Positions 30,552 to 39,901 of a stretch of 64,000 nt of DNA are shown piece after piece. The notes under the pieces are model-generated. The model had not been told where the DNA came from. It did no database searches and saw nothing but the letters and a program-made list of their open reading frames with translations. The position numbers and the translations under genes are program-made. The DNA comes from Candidatus Poribacteria bacterium (GTDB lineage: Bacteria > Poribacteria > WGA-4E > WGA-3G): assembly GCA_963663765.2 (NCBI GenBank), contig CAXXUA010000013.1, positions 96,001 through 160,000 on the forward strand. Direction: 5' to 3'. Every line of letters begins with the position of its first letter. The first letter of the stretch is position 1.

Positions 30552-31432
30552 GCAAACCTCTAACACGCACGCAAATCAACCAGAAAACATTCAGACGCAT
30601 CAACGATAAGTCTCTACGACAGTTGCTTATCCATCGCTTTCTCAATGACTACGGGTATGACAAAGGCGAAGTCACTGCCACCGCCATTGTTGATGATATT
30701 CTCAAGACTGTTGAGGACTATTTCGTAATTACCCTCCCCTTGGAGAAACTCGCCACCGGTGATCAACTCACAGATGAGCGTTTCCTGAGTTATGGACAAC
30801 TCGTTTGGATGGCTGTCCCTATTGATGAACATCCAGAAAGAGGGAAGTCCATCGTCAAAACCCGGATGAAACCCATCATCTTGACCTATCTCGCTACCGA
30901 GGATATTGAATCTTTTCAAAACGGATTTACCTCCCGACAACTGTGAATCAATCGCTTTGTCCACTGGTGTCATCAAGTTTATGACCAAGGTGCTTTATTG
31001 ACACAACTCGATTTAGCTGTCTTGCTGAACGTCTGCGATGCAGTTGTCTGTGATTATGTCAATGAATGGCAAAAAACCACTGGCGACATCTTGCCCACTC
31101 GGGGCAACATCCATGATTTATCAGGTGCCATTACCCACAAAAAAGAGATCATCACGCTCTATATTCAAGGACATCTTACTCCCAGAATCGCCGCAAAAAC
31201 CAAACATTCTAAGGAGGCAGTTGACCGATACATTCGCGATTATGAGAGCGTCAAAGTCGTTCGGAAAGCAACCGCAGATATTGACCAAATCTCACAGATC
31301 ACACAACTTTCTAAACGCGTTATCACTCAATATCTCGACCTTATTCCACAGCACCAACTTCAAGCGATGGATGCAAACCTTACCAATTCATCTGCAAACG
31401 ATGCAACAACACGCCAAGGAGAAGAACAATGA
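30548..31432 (+). pseudogene. DUF1670-like protein B with one nonsense codon
   Basis: ATGA overlap with A. TGA at 30944-30946 where copy 2 has CGA; the same frame continues (YDQGALLTQLDLA…PTRG…HDL…THK…HSKEAVDRY). Confidence 0.78.
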
Positions 31433-31501
31433 TACTAAACCTCCTGATCCACCAGACGAACATTATTCAGCAAAACCGAGGCAGTTTCCTTGAAAATAGG
31501 A

Positions 31502-31529
31502 TTGACAACTGCTACTTGTTTTCTATACT
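31502..31529 (+). promoter_or_regulatory. Sigma70-like promoter inside the element's 3' region
   Basis: TTGACA-16-TATACT; copy 2 has TTGATA-17-TAAACT (35606-35634) with a diverged spacer. Confidence 0.65.
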
Positions 31530-31534
31530 CTAAG

Positions 31535-31650
31535 AATGTTTACCGTTAATCGCATCATTATCTCAAAGAGAATGATAGCGATTCCAACTTAACCCACTCA
31601 TCAACGATGGTTGCGAAGCTAATAAACATCAGCATTCCAGTTATCCTATG
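31535..31650 (+). ncRNA. Candidate structured ncRNA of the DUF1670 element
   Basis: Enclosing helix TGTTTA…TAAACA; hairpin AATCGC-ATCATT-TCTC-AAA-GAGA-ATGAT-GCGATT; second AACC…CATC-AAC-GATG-GTT hairpin. Conserved in copy 2. Confidence 0.4.
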
Positions 31651-31661
31651 GTCATATGATA

Positions 31662-33737
31662 CTATTTTTTTATTACCATTTTGCGTGTAATTTTCGATTG
31701 CCCCGCGCTAAGTGTATAGAGATAGATACCACTTGCGACAGGTTCACCAGCAGAATTATATCCATCCCAATGAGCGGAGCGCGACTGTGTACGATATGTG
31801 CCTGCTGTTTGAAAACCAACTTTAAGTTGTCGGATAGTTTCACCTTTTAAATTGTAGATATGGATATTGACATCTGCATCTTGGCCTAAGTCGTAAGGAA
31901 TCCATGTCTCCGGATTAAAAGGATTAGGATAGTTTGGCAATAGTGCCGTTTCCTTTGGAATCACGCGGTTAAGCAATCCTTCTAAGTTAGCAATACCACG
32001 CTGATAGACGTGGAAGTAATCATTAACATTATGTGCTTTTGTGATCCATTCTTCTATACGGTCAAGATCTTCTAGTTGAACGTGGGTAGATTTTGGAGAG
32101 GCAGCTGTGCTACTGGTTTCAGTAAAATGTGCTGCAACAATAAGTAAATCAAGGATATTTACACGCCCATCTCTGTTCACATCAACTTTTGGATGTTCCG
32201 GGTTTACCTTGCCAAAGTTATCGGAAATAAGAACAAGGTCTGATATGTCTATAACACCATCATTATTTATATCCCAAGGTGGCGTTCGTGGAACATAGTT
32301 GTGGTCTATATCTGGTAAAGCTCCGATCCAACCCGCTTGAAGTTGTTCACCAAGGTCAGTCACAAGTTCTTTATTTTCAGGACTTTCTACGATATTGACG
32401 GTTTCATTTGGGTTCTCCTGATAATCATATAACTCAATGCCATTTTCTCCATTGTTTCCCCACTCGGTGTATCGATATTGATCGGTGCGCATGGTATATC
32501 CATCCACAGTACCTCGCTTTAGTTGACTAAACGCTGCAGTTTTCCAGGGGCGTGCCGGTTCTTCAATGACAGGTAGCATAGTAATACCTTCAAGTTCTGT
32601 TAGGATCGGCAGTTGACAAGCATCACATAATGTCGGATAGATATCAACAAGTTCAACTAAGGCATCAGTACTTACATTACGATGAGTTTGCCCTGGTATA
32701 CTAACTATCAAAGGCGATCGTACTGAATCTTCAAAAAGGGTGTTTTTTCTCCAGAGTCCGTGCTCCCCGAGGTGAAACCCATGGTCTCCCCAGAAAACGA
32801 TAACCGTATTTTCAGTAAGACCTAATACATCTAATTGATCTAATACACATCCTATTAATGCATCTACATAACTAATATTTGCAGCATAAGCCAGGGTTAA
32901 TTCCAACGTTTTTTCTTCAGAGAATGGAGGATAATTTGTAATATCTTGGTAAGCCCTCATGCCTTTTGGGTTCTCAGCTATTATCGGGGCATTTCTTGGA
33001 AGGCTCGTATCAGAGGGTGCTGTGAAGTCTTGTGTCGTATATAAATCAAAGTATTTCGTTGGTGCATAGAAGGGCAAGTGTGGTTTGTTAAAACCGACCG
33101 CAAGGAAAAAATTCAAGTCTTTTATCTCTGTCAAAACTTCTATAGCAGCATTTGTAATCTTACCATCTTCCAGTTCATCATCGGCAACATCAAGAGCTTG
33201 CCAAGAGGGAGACATTGTTTTATCAATATATTTCCAACGTTCCCTCCAAATTGGCTGGCTCCATGAAAGTTCATCTTCCCATGCGGCATCCCCGTGTGCA
33301 ACTTTACCGACAGACCGAGTATGATAGCCGTAGTTTTTAAAATGTTGTGGTAATGTTATAACGTCTGGGAGCACCTGTCGAAAATCTGTAGGATTATCAT
33401 GTACACCCGTTGTATCTGGTCGCAGCCCAGTGAGTACTGAAGCCCGTGAAGGATTGCAAACTGGAAATTGGCAGTAGGCGCGGTTGAAAAGCGTGCCACG
33501 TTGTGCTAGTCTATCAATGTTAGGCGTATGCATCTTTGAGTGTCCATAGCATCCTAACATTGGGCGAAGATCGTCAACAGCAATGAATAAAACATTGTAT
33601 TGTCCTTCAGCATTAGCATGGCGTTTGGGGAGTAAACCTGTCGTGAAAGCAGCTGCACCTGCTTTTAAACCTGTTGAGAGAAAATCGCGTCGGGTAAAAG
33701 TTCGAGAAAATTTCTGTTGTTGTGTAGCATCTTTCAT
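31662..33737 (-). CDS. Tat-exported IDS-like sulfatase with dockerin/FlgD-like tail (sulf2)
   Basis: TRRDFL, CNPSR, KPHLPF and WGDHG; same C-terminal domains as sulf1. Confidence 0.9.
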   Translation of the reverse strand: MKDATQQQKFSRTFTRRDFLSTGLKAGAAAFTTGLLPKRHANAEGQYNVLFIAVDDLRPMLGCYGHSKMHTPNIDRLAQRGTLFNRAYCQFPVCNPSRASVLTGLRPDTTGVHDNPTDFRQVLPDVITLPQHFKNYGYHTRSVGKVAHGDAAWEDELSWSQPIWRERWKYIDKTMSPSWQALDVADDELEDGKITNAAIEVLTEIKDLNFFLAVGFNKPHLPFYAPTKYFDLYTTQDFTAPSDTSLPRNAPIIAENPKGMRAYQDITNYPPFSEEKTLELTLAYAANISYVDALIGCVLDQLDVLGLTENTVIVFWGDHGFHLGEHGLWRKNTLFEDSVRSPLIVSIPGQTHRNVSTDALVELVDIYPTLCDACQLPILTELEGITMLPVIEEPARPWKTAAFSQLKRGTVDGYTMRTDQYRYTEWGNNGENGIELYDYQENPNETVNIVESPENKELVTDLGEQLQAGWIGALPDIDHNYVPRTPPWDINNDGVIDISDLVLISDNFGKVNPEHPKVDVNRDGRVNILDLLIVAAHFTETSSTAASPKSTHVQLEDLDRIEEWITKAHNVNDYFHVYQRGIANLEGLLNRVIPKETALLPNYPNPFNPETWIPYDLGQDADVNIHIYNLKGETIRQLKVGFQTAGTYRTQSRSAHWDGYNSAGEPVASGIYLYTLSAGQSKITRKMVIKK

Positions 33738-33764
33738 AAGTGATTTCCTTACTATATATAGTTT

Positions 33765-35766
33765 GTATCAAATGACCCCATGAGTTATACTGTTAGTATG
33801 AGTTATACTAACGAGTAGATGTCCTCGGATCCCGTTAATCTATTCCTGGAGGTCAACATGAACCGCAAAAAGGATACCGCGTACGGTATTACCGGCTCGA
33901 ATCCAAGAATGCCAGAGCCGTTATTATTCAGAAGATATCATCAGACTTTAATCTAATGCCTATTGTTACTGAAGCCTACTATAAACAGATTTCTACTTAT
34001 TTTGAACAACATACCGATGTGTGAATGAAATCAGGACAAATCTGCTACGAGGCTGTCGCTGCTGAGGAACCCGCAGGTTAACACATCGCTTTAGCAAAAA
34101 AATCTCCTGTCGGCTCACCCTCAATGACACAAACGCCGATCTTGAAGTCTTAGCGACTTATGGACTTGCAGGACTCAGACGACATCGGATCCTCCGATTG
34201 ACCAAAGAAGCCTATGACCAAGATTCTTTACTGAGCTATGAAGATTTAGCTGTCTTATTAACCACCAGTCCTTCTACAGTCAAACGCGACATTCGTCAGT
34301 TGAAACAGGAGGGATATTTCGTTATGACGCGCGGGACGAAACACGACATGGACCCCGGCACTTCTCATAAGACGCAGATCTCGGAACTGTATTTCAAAGC
34401 CTATACCTTTACCGAAATCAAGCAAAAAACGAACGACAGCGAACGGGCTGTTTACCGCTGCTTGAGAGACTTCACACAAGTTGCTACGCTCCATCATCAA
34501 GGATTCCCTAACGGTCAGATACGTCTCATTTTCCATCTCTCTGATAAGCTAATCCGCGAGTATCTCTCGCTATTCAAGGAATACCAACACACTGACCGCA
34601 TGACCCAACTCCTTCACCCAGAACCTGAGGACACAAAAAAGAGGGACCTCTCATGAGCAAACCTCTAACACGCACGCAAATCAACGAGAAAAAATTCAGA
34701 CGCATCAACGATAAGTCCTTACGACAGTTGCTTATCCATCGCTTTCTCAATGACTACGGGTATGACAAAGGCAAAGTCACTGCCACCGCCATCGTTGATG
34801 ATATTCTCAAGACCGTTGAGGACTATTTCGTAATTACCCTCCCTTTTGAGAAACTCGCCACCGGTGATCAACTCACTGATGAGCGTTTCCTGAGTTATGG
34901 ACAACTCGTTTGGATGGCTGTCCCTATTGATGAACATCCAAAAAGAGGGAAGTCCATCATCAAAACTCAGATGAAACCCATCATCCTGACCTACCTCGCT
35001 ACTGAGGATATTGAATCTTTTAGAAATGGTGTTACCTCACGACAACTACGAATCAATCGCTTGGTCCGCTGGTGTTATCAAGCTTATGACCAAGGTGCTT
35101 TATGGACACAACTCGACTTAGCTTGTCTTGCTGAACGTCTGCGATGCAGTTGTCTGTGATTATGTCAATGAATGGCAAAAAGCCACTGGCGACATCTTGC
35201 CCACTCGGGGCAACATCCATGATTTATCGGGTGCTATTACCCACAAGAAAGAGATCATCACGCTCTATCTTCAAGGACATCTCACCCCCAGTATTGCTGC
35301 AAAAACCAAACATTCTAAGGAGGCAGTTGACCGATACATTCGCGATTATGAGAGCGTCAAAGTCGTTCGGAAAGCAACCACAGATATTGACCAAATCTCA
35401 CAGATCACACGACTTTCTAAACGCGTTATCACTCAATATCTCGACCTTATTCCACAGCACCAACTTCAAGCTATAGATGCAAACCTTACCAATTCATCTA
35501 CAAACGATGAAACAGGACACCAAGGAGAAACACAATGATATCCTAACTCCCTGTTCCAGACGAACTTTATTCAGCAAAACAGAGATAGTTTCCCTGAAAA
35601 TAGGGTTGATAACCATCCCCATCTTTGCTAAACTTTAGAAACGTTTATCGCTAACCGCATCATTTCTCAAAGAGAATGGTAGCGATTCCAACTTATCCCA
35701 CTCATTAACGATGGTTGCGAAGCTAATAAACATCAGCATTCCAGCTATCCTATGGTCATTTGATAC
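33765..35766 (+). mobile_element. DUF1670 element (copy 2), both genes frameshifted
   Basis: Perfect 13-bp TIR GTATCAAATGACC…GGTCATTTGATAC. ORF A (from 33858) has several indels; ORF B (34653-35538) has +1 T at ~35124. Confidence 0.8.
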
Positions 35767-37819
35767 TATTTTAGAATTACCATTCGCCGCGTTGCTTTGA
35801 AATTCCCTGCTTGAAACGTATAGACATAAACGCCACTTGCAACGGGTTCGTCTGTAGAGTTACGTCCATCCCAATGTGCTGCACGGGACTGTGTGCGATA
35901 TGTACCAGCGACCTGTTGTCCCATTGCTAACTGTCGGACGCGTTGTCCTTTCATGTTATAAATGTCTATTTTCACATTTGCATCTGTTCCCAAGTCATAA
36001 GGTATCCATGTTTCTGGGTTGAAAGGATTTGGATAGTTTGGCATAAGGATTGTTTTATCTGGAATTATGTTATCAATTAAACCTTCTAAAGTGGTAATAC
36101 CCTTTTTTAGGACTTCAGATCCATCGTCTACTAAGCGTGCTTGTGTGAGCCATTTTTCAATTTGACTCAGATTTTTTAGTTAGTATTTATATGTGTTGTG
36201 GGTGCTGCTGGATTTGTAGTCTCGGTAAAATGTGCTGCCACTATTAGCAAGTCAATGATGTTAACCTTGCCATCCTTGTTTACGTCGACTTTAGGATTTT
36301 CAAGTGACGATTTACCGAAGTTATTTGAGATTAGAATTAGATCTTGGATATCAACGACACCATCACTATTTATATCCAATCTTTTATTGAGTGGAACATT
36401 GGGATGGTCGTGTATATCCGGTAAAGCTCCCCGCCAACCTGCCTTAAGCTGTTCACTAAGACGTGCGACAAGTTCAGCGTTTTCTGGTAGATTTACGATG
36501 TTATAATCAGAATACGGATCAATGTTAAAATCGTAAAGTTCTCGTAGCTGCCCCCACTCCGTGTACCGATATCGTTCAGTGCGAATTGAGTGTCCTTGTT
36601 TAAGTTGACTAAAGACACCGTTTTTCCAAGCAAGTGTCGGTTCCTGAATCACAGGTAACATGCTTAATCCCTCTAATTCTGGCAAAATAGGCAAGTGACA
36701 TGCATCACATAACGTCGGGTAGATATCAACGAGCTCAACAAGTGCTTCTGTTTTTTCTCCAGGCGCAGCCTGTCCTGGTACGCTGACAATCATTGGAGAA
36801 CGAAGTGCAGTTTCAACGATGATGTTTTTTCCCCATGTTCCATCTTCACCAAGATTATATCCGTGATCTCCACAAAATGCAATAACCGTTTTTTCTGTGA
36901 GTCCGAGTGAGTCCAATTGGTCTAAAACACGTCCTATTTGTGTATCTGTATAACTTGTTGCAGCTGCATAAGCTCGAGTTAACTCCAAGATTTTCTCATA
37001 CGAAAGAGACGTATAATCTGGAGGAATATCTGCAAAAGGTCGGATTTCGTTCCAAGTTGGTGGCATTATGTCGGAAGGGAGTTCTCCTGAGAGGGCAGGT
37101 AAATTAAAAGTTTTGTTCTTGTATAATTCGAAATATTTCTTTGGTGCGTTGTAGGGTAAGTGTGGTTTAAAAAAACCGACAGCTAAAAAAAACTGTTGAT
37201 TTTTAATCTGTTCCAGAACTTCAACAGCTCGTTTTGCTACTTGACCATCTTTGAGGTCGTCGTCTTCCACGTCGAGTGCCTTCCAAGAAGGGGTCGTCTC
37301 GTAATCAAGTGGGTACCATGGCGGTCTCCATGAAGGTGCACTCCATGAATTTTCATCGTCTTGGAAATCTGGCGTGTGAAATATTCGACCAACTGATTGT
37401 GTATAGTAACCGTGTGATTTGAAATGTTGTGAGAGTGTGATAACTTGGGGCACTGTCTCACGAAAATAATCCCTATTATTTAGTACACCCGTTGTCTGAG
37501 GTCTTAGTCCGGTAATAATAGAAGTTGGAGATGGGCTACAGAGCGGATATTGACAATAAGCATGATCAAAAAGTGTCCCGCGTTGTGCGATTCTATCTAT
37601 GTTCGGTGTGTGCATCTCTTGATGACCATAGAAGCAAAGTAGAGGGCGTAAATCATCAACCATGATTAACAAGACATTATAATGTTCTTCTCCTGAAGCG
37701 AGGTGTTTAGGTAATAGTCCTGTCGTAAGAGCTGCGGCACTCGCTTTCAAACTTGTTGAGAGAAAGTCACGCCGGGTAAAAGGTCGTGAGAATGTTTTGA
37801 GTTCTGTAGTCTCTTTCAA
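35766..37819 (-). pseudogene. Tat-exported IDS-like sulfatase (sulf3), frameshifted, with motif CSPSP
   Basis: 1-bp deletion at ~36175 relative to sulf1 separates the FlgD-like tail; the CxPxR arginine is replaced by Pro. Confidence 0.8.
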
Positions 37820-37829
37820 ACGTTTCCCT

Positions 37830-39893
37830 TTATTTTGTAACTATCATTTTGCGTGTAGCTTTAGCCTGCCCAGCACCAGCATGGAGTGTATAGAAGTAGA
37901 TACCGCTTGCCACAGGTTCACCTGCGGCGTTGCGTCCATCCCAATGTGCGGCACGTGTTTGTGTCCGGTATGTGCCAGCGGTTTGAAATCCTACCTTGAG
38001 ATGTCGAATAGATTCCCCTTTTAAATTATAAATCTCAATACTGACATCGGTGTCGTTTGCCAAGTCGTAAGGTATCCACGTTTCCGGATTAAATGGATTC
38101 GGATAATTCGGTAACAACACTGTTCTTTCTGGTATAACGCTACTAAGCAATGCTTCTAGGACGGTGATACCCCGCTGATAAATATCGGTGTCAATTTTTA
38201 CTGTGTGTGCTTCAGCGAGCCATTCTTCAATGCGGTCAACATGTTTCAGCAGTATAGCAGTGTGTTTTGATGGGGCTGCTGTATTACTGGATTCAGTGAA
38301 ATGTGATGCAACGATAAGCAAGTCAATGATGTCAACACGACCATCTCGGTTCACATCAACTTTCGGATCATCCAGGTTCATTTTACCGAAGTCGTTAGAA
38401 ATGAGAATAAGGTCTTGAATATCAACAATACCATCATCATTTATATCATAAGGTTGAGTAGGTGGAACATAGGGATGGTTATGCATATCTGGCAACGCTC
38501 TGTACCAACCTGCACTGAGTTTTTGACTGAGGTGTGCGATAAGTTCAGTGTTTTCCGGTAGATCAACTTGATTTATAGTTCCATCTGGATCAATATGATA
38601 ATCGTACAGTTCTTTTCGTTCTCCAGATTCTGTATATCGGTATTGTTTCGTGCGAATAGAGCGGGAATTTCCGAGTTGACTAAAAGCAGCAGTTTTCCAT
38701 GGGCGTGTTGGTTCCTCTATGACAGGTACCATACTTAAACCTTCAAGTTCTGGTGGAATAGGTAAATTGCACAGATCACATAACGTCGGATAGATATCGA
38801 CTAACTCAACAAGTGCATCTGTTCTTTCACCGACTGCGTTCTGTTCAGGAAAACTTACAATCAAAGGTGAATGGAGGGAAACATCAAAAATAGTTCTTTT
38901 CCCAAATAGTCCATGTTCCCCCAAATGGAATCCGTGGTCCCCAGCAAAAACGATTACCGTATTTTCTGTTAGATTAAGAGCATCCAATTGGTTCAAAATT
39001 CGTCCTACTTGGGCATCCATGTAACTTGTTGATGCTGCATACGCTCGGATCAACTCTAATGTTTTCTTTTCAGTAAGCGGTGCATCTCCGACAGGGATAT
39101 CTGAATAATTTCTGAGCTCATGCCACCGGTGTAAAACTATTCGTGGAACATTATCAAAAATTTGAGTATCATACAATTCAAAATATTTTTGGGGTGCGTG
39201 GAACGGTAAATGAGGCCTGACAAAGCCAACAGCAAGTAAAAACTGACTATCTTTAACATCTTCTAAAACACCTACCGTGTGTTTCGCGATTGCACCATCC
39301 TCTAACGCGTCGTCATTTACATTAAGAGCTTGCCAAGACGGAACACCTCCAAAAGCTCTCCATTTTGGCCACCAAAAAGGAACACTCCAAGAATTGTCAT
39401 TTTGCAACGGTGGAACACCGTTCTTAATTTCTTCACTGGTACGGGTATTGTGCCTAATTTTCCCAATAGAACGCGTATGATAACCGTGGGTTTTGAAATG
39501 TTGCGGAAGCGTGACTGCGTCAGGTACTGTCTCACGAAAATCAGCGTAATTATCATGAACACCAGTTGTATCTGGACGCAAACCGGTAAGGATTGAAGCA
39601 CGAGAAGGATTACAAAGTGGAAATTGACAATAAGCACGGTTGAACAACGTTCCCCGTTGTGCTAATCTATCAACGTTAGGAGTGTGCATTTCTTGATGAC
39701 CATAACAGCCTAACAAAGGGCGCAAATCATCTACCATGATAAATAGGACATTATATTGTCCCTGAGCTTTTGCGGAGAGATTTGGCAAAAGTGCAGTTGT
39801 GAAAGCAGCTGCACCTGCTTTCAGACTTGTTGAAAGAAAGTTACGTCGGGTTAAAGATCGTGAGAATGTTTTCTGTTCAATTACCTCTTTCAT
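37830..39893 (-). CDS. Tat-exported IDS-like sulfatase with dockerin/FlgD-like tail (sulf4)
   Basis: TRRNFL, CNPSR, RPHLPF and GDHGFHLGEH. Confidence 0.9.
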   Translation of the reverse strand: MKEVIEQKTFSRSLTRRNFLSTSLKAGAAAFTTALLPNLSAKAQGQYNVLFIMVDDLRPLLGCYGHQEMHTPNVDRLAQRGTLFNRAYCQFPLCNPSRASILTGLRPDTTGVHDNYADFRETVPDAVTLPQHFKTHGYHTRSIGKIRHNTRTSEEIKNGVPPLQNDNSWSVPFWWPKWRAFGGVPSWQALNVNDDALEDGAIAKHTVGVLEDVKDSQFLLAVGFVRPHLPFHAPQKYFELYDTQIFDNVPRIVLHRWHELRNYSDIPVGDAPLTEKKTLELIRAYAASTSYMDAQVGRILNQLDALNLTENTVIVFAGDHGFHLGEHGLFGKRTIFDVSLHSPLIVSFPEQNAVGERTDALVELVDIYPTLCDLCNLPIPPELEGLSMVPVIEEPTRPWKTAAFSQLGNSRSIRTKQYRYTESGERKELYDYHIDPDGTINQVDLPENTELIAHLSQKLSAGWYRALPDMHNHPYVPPTQPYDINDDGIVDIQDLILISNDFGKMNLDDPKVDVNRDGRVDIIDLLIVASHFTESSNTAAPSKHTAILLKHVDRIEEWLAEAHTVKIDTDIYQRGITVLEALLSSVIPERTVLLPNYPNPFNPETWIPYDLANDTDVSIEIYNLKGESIRHLKVGFQTAGTYRTQTRAAHWDGRNAAGEPVASGIYFYTLHAGAGQAKATRKMIVTK

Positions 39894-39901
39894 AAGTTCA
39901 C

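Larger units (their letters stand above)
29657..31662 (+). mobile_element. Putative novel ~2.0-kb mobile element with two DUF1670-like genes (copy 1)
   Basis: TIR GTATCAAATGACC…GGTCATATGATAC; flanks TAGTTT/TATTTT; opposite strand to the host array; second copy at 33765-35766. Confidence 0.8.

Noticed and set aside
30944-30946. In-frame TGA as selenocysteine or programmed readthrough
   Set aside because: Copy 2 has CGA (Arg) at this position; a simple C-to-T nonsense change is the likelier explanation.
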